From IMG/VR virus record IMGVR_UViG_3300025324_000002, positions 1-59,633 of that record: 59,633 bases of DNA; one strand, 5' to 3'. How positions within the stretch are numbered: the first letter of the stretch is position 1; each line of letters starts with the position of its first letter. Source of the stretch: a virus. Of this stretch, positions 28,125 to 36,032 are shown piece after piece. The translations under genes and the position numbers were made by a program. The notes below the pieces were generated by a model. It did not search any database. It saw nothing but the letters and a program-made list of their open reading frames with translations, and had not been told where the DNA came from.

Positions 28125-28561
28125 TGGCGTCACTAGGATGGCTTTTGAATCAAGATTTTGCTGGTTCGGCATCAGGCGCTGCTCCAGTCGGTCCGGCAGT
28201 AGGCTCTTTATTACTTCTCGGCGTTGGCCGCATGTGGTGGCTGCCGATGGTTTGGCCTTGGATCACGGGCGCGAGTTATGGAGGCGAGATGGATTTAGCG
28301 ATTGAAATAATTACTTACTTGTCGGCAATCGGCGCTGGAGCGTTGGGGTTTCACGGCTTCAATCGATATCAAGACTACCAAAAGCGTAAACACGCGCCAC
28401 CGCCTAAGCCTTTTGTTGATGACAAGGTAAGGCCGCACATCATCGGTTCAGTAACTGGCATAAACCGCATTTGCCCATCGTGTGACAAGAAAAAATCGCC
28501 GCTTCGCATTCTCTCGGATAGAACGCGCGCCTGCGATGCGTGCTTGGAGGGAGTGAAATAA
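28124..28561 (+). CDS. membrane-segment plus C-terminal zinc-ribbon protein
   Basis: N-terminus repeats the GSLLLLGVG motif; hydrophobic stretches; CPSC...CDAC. Confidence 0.5.
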   Translation: MASLGWLLNQDFAGSASGAAPVGPAVGSLLLLGVGRMWWLPMVWPWITGASYGGEMDLAIEIITYLSAIGAGALGFHGFNRYQDYQKRKHAPPPKPFVDDKVRPHIIGSVTGINRICPSCDKKKSPLRILSDRTRACDACLEGVK

Positions 28562-28562
28562 C

Positions 28563-30140
28563 ATGGCTGACGACGTAGTACTCAATGCTGGAAGTGGTGG
28601 CGCCACCCTAGCGACCGACGAAATCGCGGGGCCGCGTCATGTGCAGTTTGTCAAGTTAATGAACGGCACGGCGGACGCCGCCGATGTGATAGCCGGCGAG
28701 GCGACCAACGGCCTCGACGTTGATGTGACTCGTTTGCCTGCTGATCTTGTCGTCACCGATACGCTCACCGCCGACGAAGATACCGTTGCGCTGAATATCG
28801 CGCGCGGCGAAGGGGCCGTAGGGGTACAAATTCTTGGCACATGGTCCGCCAGTCTAGTTTTTGAGGCTACCCTTGACGATACCAACTGGTTTGCTATCTC
28901 GGCGCACGACGGCAGCAATCGAGTAGCCGGAACAACTAGCAATGGAAACTTTCTTATCGGCGCTGGCGGTTACTCTCAGGTCCGGGTACGGGCCGACACC
29001 TATGCCAGCGGCACGGCGACGGTTACGATTATTGCCAGCCGTGGGACTCAAGTTGTTTGCCTTGTCCTACCTCTTCCAACCGGCGCAAACGCAATAGGAA
29101 AACTCGCTGCAAACTCGGGTGTGGACATCGGCGATGTTGACGTGCTTACTCTGCCGGCGATCACCGGAACCGTCACGGCGAACGCGGGAACTGACCTCAA
29201 CACTTCGGCGCTGGCTACCTCCGCCAAGCAGGACACCCTACTTACCGAGCTTCAATTAAAAGCCGATCTTACAGAGACTCAGCCAGTGTCCGCCGCTTCA
29301 CTTCCCTTGCCGACTGGGGCGGCGACAGAAACGAGCGTAGCCGCGGCTGTTACGTCCCTGGCGATACTCGATGACTGGGATGAGACCGACAGGGCCAAAG
29401 TTAACATCATCGTCGGTCAAGCGGGAATTACTGCGGGAGCGGGAGCCGTAGCCGCCAACACGCCGCGCGTAACCCTCGCCTCCGATGATCCGGCAGTTGT
29501 AGCCCTACAAATTATCGACAACATTGTTTCCGGTAGCGAAGCGCAAGTCGATGTTATTACCTCGGCACTTCCGACAGGTGCGGCCACACTTGCGGAGCAG
29601 CAATCTCAAACCACCGCACTGCAAATCATGGATGACTGGGACAACGGTGCCAGCGACGGCCTGAGTGCATCCGGCGACGTTGCCCATGATGGTGTCGACG
29701 CTGGAGAGCCGGTAAAAATTGGCGGCAAGGCGAATCTCGACGAGCCGACGGCGGTAGGCGAGAATGATCGCGTTAACGCCTGGTTCGACCTGCACGGGCG
29801 CCAAGTGGTGCTGTTAGGGCATGGCGACCCTGAGCCGCCAGTAACGGCCAACGGCACAGCAGCGGGTTTGAGTGTTATCGCGGCACCCGGCGCGAGCTTG
29901 AGTCTCTACATCTGTAAAGGCAGCGTCATCAATGGGGCAGCCGCGAAGCAACTTATTAGCCTGAGAGACGGCGCGGCTGGTACGATTCGTTGGACTATTG
30001 ACGCTGCCGCCAACGGGGGCGGGTCAAAATTTGATTTTGGTGTGCGTGGCTGGAAACTCACAGCGAATACCGCTCTGGTAGCCGATATTGCGGCGGCTAC
30101 TGGGTACGTGAATGTAGAAGAATACTACATCGCGCCCTAG
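28563..30140 (+). CDS. tail fibre / receptor-binding-like protein
   Basis: 525 aa; three LP(L)PTGA(A/N) repeats; Gly/Ala/Thr-rich. Confidence 0.55.
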   Translation: MADDVVLNAGSGGATLATDEIAGPRHVQFVKLMNGTADAADVIAGEATNGLDVDVTRLPADLVVTDTLTADEDTVALNIARGEGAVGVQILGTWSASLVFEATLDDTNWFAISAHDGSNRVAGTTSNGNFLIGAGGYSQVRVRADTYASGTATVTIIASRGTQVVCLVLPLPTGANAIGKLAANSGVDIGDVDVLTLPAITGTVTANAGTDLNTSALATSAKQDTLLTELQLKADLTETQPVSAASLPLPTGAATETSVAAAVTSLAILDDWDETDRAKVNIIVGQAGITAGAGAVAANTPRVTLASDDPAVVALQIIDNIVSGSEAQVDVITSALPTGAATLAEQQSQTTALQIMDDWDNGASDGLSASGDVAHDGVDAGEPVKIGGKANLDEPTAVGENDRVNAWFDLHGRQVVLLGHGDPEPPVTANGTAAGLSVIAAPGASLSLYICKGSVINGAAAKQLISLRDGAAGTIRWTIDAAANGGGSKFDFGVRGWKLTANTALVADIAAATGYVNVEEYYIAP

Positions 30141-30304
30141 AGGTGACTTATTCTTGGCTGGATCGCAAATTTAGATTTTGCGGGCTCGGGGGCGGATGCA
30201 CCGGCTTCTACCGCCTCCCGCAAGCTTATCACCGTGAACACGATTGACAAAATTGACGTGGTTTTAGGAGAACTGATTCTCTGGCTGATTCTTAAGGTAC
30301 ACCT

Positions 30305-30718
30305 ATGACTCCAGAACAACTTATCACAGCGGCGTTGATCGTAGTCTTCGGTGCGCTCGTGACGTTGCTCGTTAAGGCGCTGAGAAACGAGGCGATGCAA
30401 CGGTTTAACACCCTAGACAGGGATATAGCCCTTTTAAGAGACGATTGTAAAAGCGATAACGCGGATCTTAAAGACCAAATTTTAAAGGTTCGCGACCGAC
30501 TCCACGATCTTGAAGGCGCGCCAACCAAAAAGCAGGTCATTGCCATGCTTGAGGAAATGGACATCGACTTTGGTAGGCGGACCCAGGTGCAAGCCGCTAG
30601 TGCTATTTTGGTGGCCGCTGAAACAGCAGAGAAGAGGTTAAAACAAGCGGCGCTAGAGGCGGCAGAATTGATAAGGCAAAAGACAGAAGAGTTGCCCAAT
30701 GTTGGAAAACGACCATGA
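30305..30718 (+). CDS. type-II membrane coiled-coil protein (i-spanin-like)
   Basis: N-terminal TMD LITAALIVVFGALVTLLV, then a charged helical region. Confidence 0.45.
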   Translation: MTPEQLITAALIVVFGALVTLLVKALRNEAMQRFNTLDRDIALLRDDCKSDNADLKDQILKVRDRLHDLEGAPTKKQVIAMLEEMDIDFGRRTQVQAASAILVAAETAEKRLKQAALEAAELIRQKTEELPNVGKRP

Positions 30719-30885
30719 CTGACGCGCAACTTGAAAAATTAAAAGTCCTCCAGGACGGCATTGTGCGCGAAGTGGACGGCTGGGACCGGCTACGGCAACA
30801 GATGATTTATTCGTATCTGCGCGCGATCGGGATTCAGATAGAGAATATTCATCACAACATCGACAAAGAGGCGGAAAAGCTGTGA
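30715..30885 (+). CDS. hypothetical small protein
   Basis: 56 aa, below the ORF-track cutoff; ATGA overlap upstream and GTGA overlap downstream. Confidence 0.4.
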   Translation: MTDAQLEKLKVLQDGIVREVDGWDRLRQQMIYSYLRAIGIQIENIHHNIDKEAEKL

Positions 30886-31064
30886 GACTCGCCGCTTTAT
30901 GTCTTTTGCTTGCCGGATGCACTCAGGCGGGGCCGGTGAAACTTGATTTTGTGTGTAGGAGTAGGCCGCAAGGAAGCATGATCGTCACGGAGTGCGCAGA
31001 TCCGGCGACGTGGGATGAGTGGATTGAAAAACACAAACGATCTAGTGCAGACATGGAGATGTGA
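30882..31064 (+). CDS. small lipoprotein (o-spanin-like)
   Basis: MRLAALCLLLAGC lipobox; 60 aa. Confidence 0.5.
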   Translation: MRLAALCLLLAGCTQAGPVKLDFVCRSRPQGSMIVTECADPATWDEWIEKHKRSSADMEM

Positions 31065-31068
31065 TTTT

Positions 31069-31254
31069 ATGAATCTCGACATTTTGAAACTCGCTGGCTA
31101 TAAGACGTATCTCATTGTTGCGGTGGGTGTGCTCGTCTACGGCGCGGAGGCGATGGGTATTTTGGAGAAGGGCACAGCCGATAAGCTCGAAGGCTTGCTT
31201 ACGATCCTCGGCGTTGGCACGCTCCGGGCAGGCGTTTCCAAGGCTACAAAGTGA
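31069..31254 (+). CDS. small membrane protein (holin-like)
   Basis: 61 aa; GYKTYLIVAVGVLVYG TMD and a second amphipathic segment. Confidence 0.45.
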   Translation: MNLDILKLAGYKTYLIVAVGVLVYGAEAMGILEKGTADKLEGLLTILGVGTLRAGVSKATK

Positions 31255-31379
31255 AAGCCTGCCTTATCACACTCGGTATCCTCGTTCTTGTAGGCATTGG
31301 AATTTACTTTGCCGCCGTGGTCTACTGCGTTCAAAACTTCACGCTGTGGTCGCGCGCGGCGTGTTGGGGGTTACAATGA
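31251..31379 (+). CDS. micro membrane protein
   Basis: 42 aa; GTGA overlap; single TMD. Confidence 0.3.
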   Translation: MKACLITLGILVLVGIGIYFAAVVYCVQNFTLWSRAACWGLQ

Positions 31380-31489
31380 TTGAACTATTAAAGCTTGTAT
31401 TTTTGCCGAGCCTTGGACTTACCTTGCTGTGCCTTCTTGCGCTTTGGCTACTTTGGCGTAATCCCAAGACTCGGCATCTCGTGAAGTGA
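31376..31489 (+). CDS. micro membrane protein
   Basis: 37 aa; ATGA overlap; single TMD. Confidence 0.3.
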   Translation: MIELLKLVFLPSLGLTLLCLLALWLLWRNPKTRHLVK

Positions 31490-31503
31490 AGGATTGGAGC
31501 TCT

Positions 31504-31830
31504 ATGAAACACATCATCGTTCTCGCGCTGTGCCTGCTCGTGAGCGGGTGCGCCTTCTTCCAAGAAAAAGTATTACTTGATTTGCGTCAAGCGGAAGCCA
31601 TCGCTCGGAAGTACAAAGACCCGGTGGGCGAGAAATGCTGGGTCTACATTGAAGCCGAGGTCAACTCGGCTGGCATTCTCGACGAGGATATAAAGGGTGT
31701 GGCATCGATAGTAGAAGTGGCGAGAATTGTCCGTCTCTACGGGCCGCAAAGGCGCAAGGAGATCGTAGCGGCTTGTGGCGAAGTGGTAATGGATATCATG
31801 ATCGAGTTGGCGAAAAGGGCGAGACGGTGA
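31504..31830 (+). CDS. lipoprotein
   Basis: MKHIIVLALCLLVSGC lipobox. Confidence 0.55.
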   Translation: MKHIIVLALCLLVSGCAFFQEKVLLDLRQAEAIARKYKDPVGEKCWVYIEAEVNSAGILDEDIKGVASIVEVARIVRLYGPQRRKEIVAACGEVVMDIMIELAKRARR

Positions 31831-32090
31831 GTAGAGCATTACGACGCCATCATGCGATTCGCTGCATGAACCGGCGGTTGAAAGAAGACCGCAATCAGCA
31901 TCGCGTGTTAGACGAACGCTCTCGCAATTGGGGATGGAGCGTTTGTTCATGTTGGACCGATCCTAAAGCCATGGCGCGATTTAAAGAACAGCCGCAGATC
32001 TGTAGCGGTGTTTGTTGTGGAAACCAACGACAATATGCAGGCCCTACGCTTCAAGAACGGCGCGCGCCTGTGGTTGGGGAATATCTGTAA
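31827..32090 (+). CDS. hypothetical Cys-rich protein
   Basis: GTGA overlap; CSCW...CSGVCCGN. Confidence 0.4.
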   Translation: MSRALRRHHAIRCMNRRLKEDRNQHRVLDERSRNWGWSVCSCWTDPKAMARFKEQPQICSGVCCGNQRQYAGPTLQERRAPVVGEYL

Positions 32091-32105
32091 GGCGGGGAAG
32101 GCGCC

Positions 32106-32288
32106 GTGATAGAACCCATTCTCAAATGCGATCATATACTTTCTGGTGTTAGCGAGACAACAGATGGAAGATTTTGGGGAACCTGTATCAAGTGCGGTAA
32201 GGGGCAGTGGTGTGATATCAAGTGGCCGCTGACAGGCTATGACGATAGCGGAACAGGGCCCCCTCTTACGATTTGGAAGCCATCATGA
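32106..32288 (+). CDS. hypothetical small Cys protein
   Basis: 60 aa; CIKCGKGQWC. Confidence 0.4.
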   Translation: MIEPILKCDHILSGVSETTDGRFWGTCIKCGKGQWCDIKWPLTGYDDSGTGPPLTIWKPS

Positions 32289-32764
32289 TTGAGCCTATTG
32301 ACCTTTTGACGCTAGTCATCCGCCCTGTGCTGATGGATCTCGGGCTTCACACTACTAAGGCCGAGCTGCTTATCCTGGGCACGGCCTGCGCCGAGTCGGA
32401 CTGCGGGCGATACTTGAAGCAGCGCGGTGACGGGCCGGCACTGGGCATTTTTCAGATGGAGCGGGCGACTCATGATGATTTGTATGAGAACTTCCTCTCA
32501 TTTAGACCGCTCTTGCGCGATAGGGCGTGGCAATACGTTACGGATGGCCGCCAAAATGCAGAAGAGATGATCGGCAATCTTTATTACGCCACAGCGATGT
32601 GCCGCATTCACTATCTCCGCGATCCTGAGCCTATTCCTGACACGCTGCCGGGACAGGCCGCTTACTGGAAGCGCGTTTACAATACCGAGGCGGGCAAGGG
32701 CACCGTGGAAAAGTATATCGCCAAGTGGAATCAATTCCTCGGTCAAGGCGGGATGATGCCGTAG
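32285..32764 (+). CDS. endolysin, SLT/lytic-transglycosylase-like
   Basis: CAESDCGRYLKQ...GPALGIFQME resembles the ES...G(L/I)xQ catalytic pattern; alternative TTG start at 32273. Confidence 0.6.
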   Translation: MIEPIDLLTLVIRPVLMDLGLHTTKAELLILGTACAESDCGRYLKQRGDGPALGIFQMERATHDDLYENFLSFRPLLRDRAWQYVTDGRQNAEEMIGNLYYATAMCRIHYLRDPEPIPDTLPGQAAYWKRVYNTEAGKGTVEKYIAKWNQFLGQGGMMP

Positions 32765-33072
32765 TGGGCCTCATCAAACTCAAAGCAAAGCACAAAGTAG
32801 CGGTCGTTCCCAGAACTCGCTGCAAAGGGCCGAAGTGCCATGATGAGATATTGTTCCCGTTGGAGGGCTTATCCCAGGCTACGGCGTTCACCTGTAGCCT
32901 CCCACTTGGGCACAGGGGGCGCTGTGAATTCGAATCAACCCATCGACAGCCCGACGGCACGATTAGGCGGTATCATATTGATTGGAGCGCGCCGCTGACT
33001 CAGGCTCCACGACAACACAAAACAGAATGGTTCTACTGGAGGGGACAAGATGAAAAAAAATACCAAGATTAG
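32764..33072 (+). CDS. hypothetical protein
   Basis: GTG overlaps the upstream stop; 102 aa. Confidence 0.4.
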   Translation: MGLIKLKAKHKVAVVPRTRCKGPKCHDEILFPLEGLSQATAFTCSLPLGHRGRCEFESTHRQPDGTIRRYHIDWSAPLTQAPRQHKTEWFYWRGQDEKKYQD

Positions 33073-33409
33073 AATCTGGGGCGCGCTATGGGTGCTCCTA
33101 CTGTCAGCGGGGCCGGCGCTGGCCGTCGATGCAGATTTGTCGTGGACAGACAACGCGACGAATGAAGACGGTTTTCGTGTCCAGCGAAAACTCAACGGGA
33201 CGGCGCTTTCGACAATCGAAATCGTTGGGGCGAACATCGTAACGTTCAAAGACCAATCGCTTGTTCAGGACAAGTTTGTCAACAATGTCTACTGCTTTGC
33301 TGTCAGTGCATTCAACACGGGAGGTGACAGCAGTTTGTCTAACGAGGGGTGTAAGACGGTGGCGCGCGCGGCGCCGGACGGTGCCCCGAATAACTTGACT
33401 GTTAAATGA
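33050..33409 (+). CDS. secreted fibronectin-type-III-like protein
   Basis: Signal peptide ...LLLSAGPALA/VD; DLSWTDNATNEDGFRVQRK is Fn3-like. Confidence 0.6.
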   Translation: MKKNTKIRIWGALWVLLLSAGPALAVDADLSWTDNATNEDGFRVQRKLNGTALSTIEIVGANIVTFKDQSLVQDKFVNNVYCFAVSAFNTGGDSSLSNEGCKTVARAAPDGAPNNLTVK

Positions 33410-33429
33410 GATGCACCATGCGTGATTGA

Positions 33430-33448
33430 AATCTCCGGTGCGGAGATT
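33430..33448 (+). other. 8-bp stem-loop after the last late gene
   Basis: aatctccg gtg cggagatt. Confidence 0.4.
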
Positions 33449-33524
33449 ACGGTTGTCAGGTTTTTGAAGGAATAAGGAGGGCCGCTATGTAAAAATCACG
33501 GTTGCTTGTTTCGTTGACAGCTAG

Positions 33525-33566
33525 CACAAGGGCCGGCGCTGGATCGCCGGCCCTTTGTGTTTGTGG
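33525..33566 (+). terminator. hairpin H1 with interrupted U-tract
   Basis: cacaagggccggcg / cgccggccctttgtg (14-bp stem with one bulge), then tttgtgg. Confidence 0.55.
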
Positions 33567-33595
33567 TTGACGGCAAAGCGAAAATGTGGGATAAA
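33567..33595 (+). promoter_or_regulatory. sigma70-like promoter P1
   Basis: TTGACG-17 nt-GATAAA immediately after H1. Confidence 0.4.
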
Positions 33596-33601
33596 GGAAA
33601 T

Positions 33602-33668
33602 CCTTGCAAAGGGGTCAGGTTTTCCAGCACTCAGGCCCGGTTGAGAAATCTTCCGGGCCTTTGTGTTT
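33602..33668 (+). ncRNA. candidate small RNA 1 (P1 to H2)
   Basis: About 67 nt between the predicted +1 and the H2 U-tract; no credible ORF. Confidence 0.35.
33633..33668 (+). terminator. hairpin H2 with U-tract
   Basis: aggcccgg-TTGAGAAATCTT-ccgggcct, then ttgtgttt. Confidence 0.55.
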
Positions 33669-33695
33669 GACACCAAAAGGGAAATGTGAGATAAG
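33667..33695 (+). promoter_or_regulatory. sigma70-like promoter P2
   Basis: TTGACA-17 nt-GATAAG, exactly 100 bp after P1. Confidence 0.4.
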
Positions 33696-33701
33696 GAAAA
33701 C

Positions 33702-33811
33702 ACGGTGAAGGAACACACAAAGGGACCTGCGGACCCCCATTTATCTGAATAGCTACGCAGGGCGATGTCAGGTAAGGCCGGGTTGAGAAATCTTCCCGGC
33801 CTTTGTGTTTT
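33702..33811 (+). ncRNA. candidate small RNA 2 (P2 to H3)
   Basis: About 110 nt ending at H3; no credible ORF. Confidence 0.35.
33774..33811 (+). terminator. hairpin H3 with U-tract
   Basis: aaggccggg-TTGAGAAATCTT-cccggcctt, then tgtgtttt; same loop as H2, with a compensatory stem change. Confidence 0.55.
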
Positions 33812-33916
33812 AAAGGAGCTCGAATCGCTTGCGTAGCCACCGCCACGCCCGCTTGATGCGGCGCCAATAGAACCCGCACAGCACGCGCGCGGCGAAGAGG
33901 TTGGCGGAGCGGTTGT

Positions 33917-34249
33917 TCACGATTCCTTCTCTATCCAATTCGCTCCGCCTTGTATACCAGGGTACTCCAGCGCGCCGGCAAGCCGTGACAGCCGACGTCG
34001 TAGCGCTGTCGGACCTTCCTGCCAGTTGCCACTTTTTAGACCCTCTTGCCAAAATTCGCATTCCCACTTTATCACTTCGCGGAGTCGCCGGATTCTGTCA
34101 AGTGCGAGATCCAGGTCGTATTTAAGATGGGCGTTCTCTTGCTGCGTTGATTGGAGCAGTTCTTCCCTCGTTGGCAACCGGCGCACCTTCGGGACCCGGA
34201 TTTGCTCACCGAAAGACTTCATGGGGATGATTGGCTTTTCGTGGGGCAT
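33917..34249 (-). CDS. hypothetical coiled-coil protein
   Basis: 110 aa, downstream of and co-oriented with the XRE gene. Confidence 0.5.
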   Translation of the reverse strand: MPHEKPIIPMKSFGEQIRVPKVRRLPTREELLQSTQQENAHLKYDLDLALDRIRRLREVIKWECEFWQEGLKSGNWQEGPTALRRRLSRLAGALEYPGIQGGANWIEKES

Positions 34250-34393
34250 GGTTGTCTAGCAATGGCCGGGCCGTGACGGATAATTGACAATAACTGACTT
34301 AGATGTCGCGCTAACTCCCTGAAATTCCAGGGATTACGTTTTCCAAGGTCTGATATGATATATTCTGAATGATATTAAGTACTTAGATACACT

Positions 34394-34413
34394 AACTATA
34401 GTAAACTATAGTA
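34394..34413. repeat. tandem AACTATAGTA x2 (each contains the palindrome ACTATAGT)
   Basis: Read directly in the AT-rich spacer between the two minus-strand genes. Confidence 0.8.
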
Positions 34414-34431
34414 TTGTTTTCTTACTATTTC

Positions 34432-34791
34432 TTACGCTGTCTTGATAACGCCTTTAGTCCTCGAACTATGTCTACTTGCGTCCCCTTTGTCCTGGATTTT
34501 CGCGTTTTGTTCCCGCCCAAAATCACTCTGAGCTTTGCTCTGCGCAGTGCCGCGCGAATCTGTTTTAGGTTCATGCGGCGCGTGGCGTTGCAAGTCGCGT
34601 TCCGTGAGCAGGTCACATTCAGCCATCAGAGGAAGCAGGCGGAGAAACGCCGCGAACTGTTTCTCTAAATTACTGCCGGCGTTTTCCATTCCCTGAATCA
34701 TTTGCTGATTCGTGTTCAATTGCTGCGCTAATTGGGCCTGGGTCCAGTTTTTTTCTTGCCTAATTTTCCTAATTGTTTCGCGCAATTGCAT
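34432..34791 (-). CDS. XRE-family HTH regulator (repressor-like, no peptidase domain)
   Basis: IRKIRQEKNWTQAQLAQQLNTNQQMIQGMENAGSN; divergent from the early operon. Confidence 0.7.
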   Translation of the reverse strand: MQLRETIRKIRQEKNWTQAQLAQQLNTNQQMIQGMENAGSNLEKQFAAFLRLLPLMAECDLLTERDLQRHAPHEPKTDSRGTAQSKAQSDFGREQNAKIQDKGDASRHSSRTKGVIKTA

Positions 34792-34819
34792 TTTTCTTTC
34801 CTTTTAGCCTAAATAATCC

Positions 34820-34848
34820 TTGACAGGATTTCCTGTTTCCTGTATAGA
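34820..34848 (+). promoter_or_regulatory. early rightward promoter
   Basis: TTGACA (34820..34825)-17 nt-TATAGA (34843..34848). Confidence 0.55.
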
Positions 34849-34849
34849 C

Positions 34850-34865
34850 TGTTGCATATGCAACA
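34850..34865. promoter_or_regulatory. operator: perfect 16-bp palindrome TGTTGCATATGCAACA
   Basis: Immediately after the -10 box and covering the ATG at 34858. Confidence 0.55.
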
Positions 34866-35103
34866 CAACACACTTTCATCACTATCGCGAGCCGAAGTCA
34901 AGGCCGAGATGAAGACCCGCAAGGGCTTCACTTTCGCCACTTACGCGCGGCTCATAAAGCGGCATCGCTCAACGGTTACTCGTTTGGCTGATGGTGAAAT
35001 CGGCGGCGAACGTCGTGAGCGATTCTTGGCGTTCTTCGGATTCACGCCAGAAGACATTCCGTATCGCGGTTCGAAGGTTTACAGCGGAAGGCGGGCGGCT
35101 TAG
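34858..35103 (+). CDS. Cro-like small DNA-binding protein
   Basis: First early gene; FTFATYARLIKRHRSTVTRLADGE is HTH-like; alternative TTG at 34852; near-leaderless. Confidence 0.5.
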   Translation: MQHNTLSSLSRAEVKAEMKTRKGFTFATYARLIKRHRSTVTRLADGEIGGERRERFLAFFGFTPEDIPYRGSKVYSGRRAA

Positions 35104-35505
35104 ATGAAGCGCAGCGACCCGGAATATTCTCGGGACTATTACCGCCGCAACAAAATGTGGATCGCTGGCTACAAAGCCGCACGCCAAAAATACGACATCG
35201 ATTATCGACTCAAGGGAATTCTCCGCACCATCGTTCAGCGCTGCGATGATCCGCGTCACGCTACTTTTAAATATTACGGCGCAAGGGGCGTGAAGTGCTT
35301 TCTCACTCTTGATGTACTCAGGTTTATGTGGAATCGCGACGGGGCGGCGAAAATGAAAAAGCCAAGCATCGACCGCGATGATGCTAGCGGCGATTACGTA
35401 TTCTCGAATTGTTGTTTCCGCGAACTGTACGACAATCAGAAGCGCGGCTGGTCGAACAAGCCCGCCCGCACCGCCGCGATCCGCACCGGCATGGAGGCTC
35501 GGTAG
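35104..35505 (+). CDS. conserved phage DNA-binding/endonuclease-like protein (YYGARG family), paralog of 48082..48558
   Basis: FKYYGARGVKCF...IDRDDASGDYVFSNC parallels YPRYGGRGITVC...NGNYESQNCRW. Confidence 0.45.
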   Translation: MKRSDPEYSRDYYRRNKMWIAGYKAARQKYDIDYRLKGILRTIVQRCDDPRHATFKYYGARGVKCFLTLDVLRFMWNRDGAAKMKKPSIDRDDASGDYVFSNCCFRELYDNQKRGWSNKPARTAAIRTGMEAR

Positions 35506-35721
35506 ATGAAATTCAAACTGTCTTGCTTGGAGACCAATTCGCGCCATACGAAATTCAATGTTTTTGATCGCCGGGGCGCAAACTGCGGAACTATCGTTAT
35601 TCTGACTGACGATGTTGTCGAGTTCGTCTCTAAAAACTGGAATGGCGATGTTTGGTGGAATGGACATCTTCCGAGGGGTCTGGAAGTTCGGCCTATAGAC
35701 CGGAGCCGAGGTAGCCTATGA
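35506..35721 (+). CDS. hypothetical protein
   Basis: 71 aa; starts right after the upstream stop. Confidence 0.45.
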   Translation: MKFKLSCLETNSRHTKFNVFDRRGANCGTIVILTDDVVEFVSKNWNGDVWWNGHLPRGLEVRPIDRSRGSL

Positions 35722-36032
35722 GCACGCACACGAAGGGGTTGAAAATTAGCAAGGCGAACTTGGACCCGCGGTGGTGGACGATTCGCGGTTCTAAGGGTGA
35801 GGCCATCGCCTACGCTGCGCATTGGCTGGATTCTGATCCACTCGATGAGCTGGCGGCGACTCTTCAACTGCTCGTAGATCGTTACAACTCCCATGACTCC
35901 CTTGTCGAGGCGTTTGAACGCATTGCGAAGGATACGATTCTGGATAAGCAGAGTATCGAATACTACAAGCGATTGCATCTCATACATAAGGATTGGGCCC
36001 GCGCCGCCCTTGTCTTGGCGAAAGGAAAGTAG
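35718..36032 (+). CDS. hypothetical protein
   Basis: ATGA overlap; 104 aa. Confidence 0.5.
   Translation: MSTHTKGLKISKANLDPRWWTIRGSKGEAIAYAAHWLDSDPLDELAATLQLLVDRYNSHDSLVEAFERIAKDTILDKQSIEYYKRLHLIHKDWARAALVLAKGK

Noticed and set aside
24353-30140. Diversity-generating retroelement near the fibre genes
   Set aside because: There is no reverse transcriptase ORF, and no template/variable repeat pair is visible by eye. The only tandem repeat (14026..14072) is a perfect duplication.
33473-33492. Start-stop mini-ORF (AAGGAGG-7 nt-ATGTAA)
   Set aside because: It is a curious ribosome-trap-like element after the late operon. A single occurrence has no supporting context, so it may be chance.
33525-33811. 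Possible CRISPR array or attP/tRNA fragment
   Set aside because: There are only three units. Each repeat includes a promoter-like segment and a terminator, and the spacers are partly similar to each other. No cas genes are present, and there is no tRNA T-arm or acceptor similarity.
33521-33879. Minus-strand ORFs 33521..33718 and 33631..33879
   Set aside because: They run through three palindromic hairpins with U-tracts and duplicated promoter-like units, and they have no RBS. The repeat structure is better explained as RNA or regulatory elements.
34432-34791. Calling the phage temperate on the basis of the cI/cro-like switch
   Set aside because: I could not recognise an integrase, transposase, ParAB or telomerase gene in any frame, and the repressor-like protein lacks a cleavage domain. 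The lifestyle is left open.
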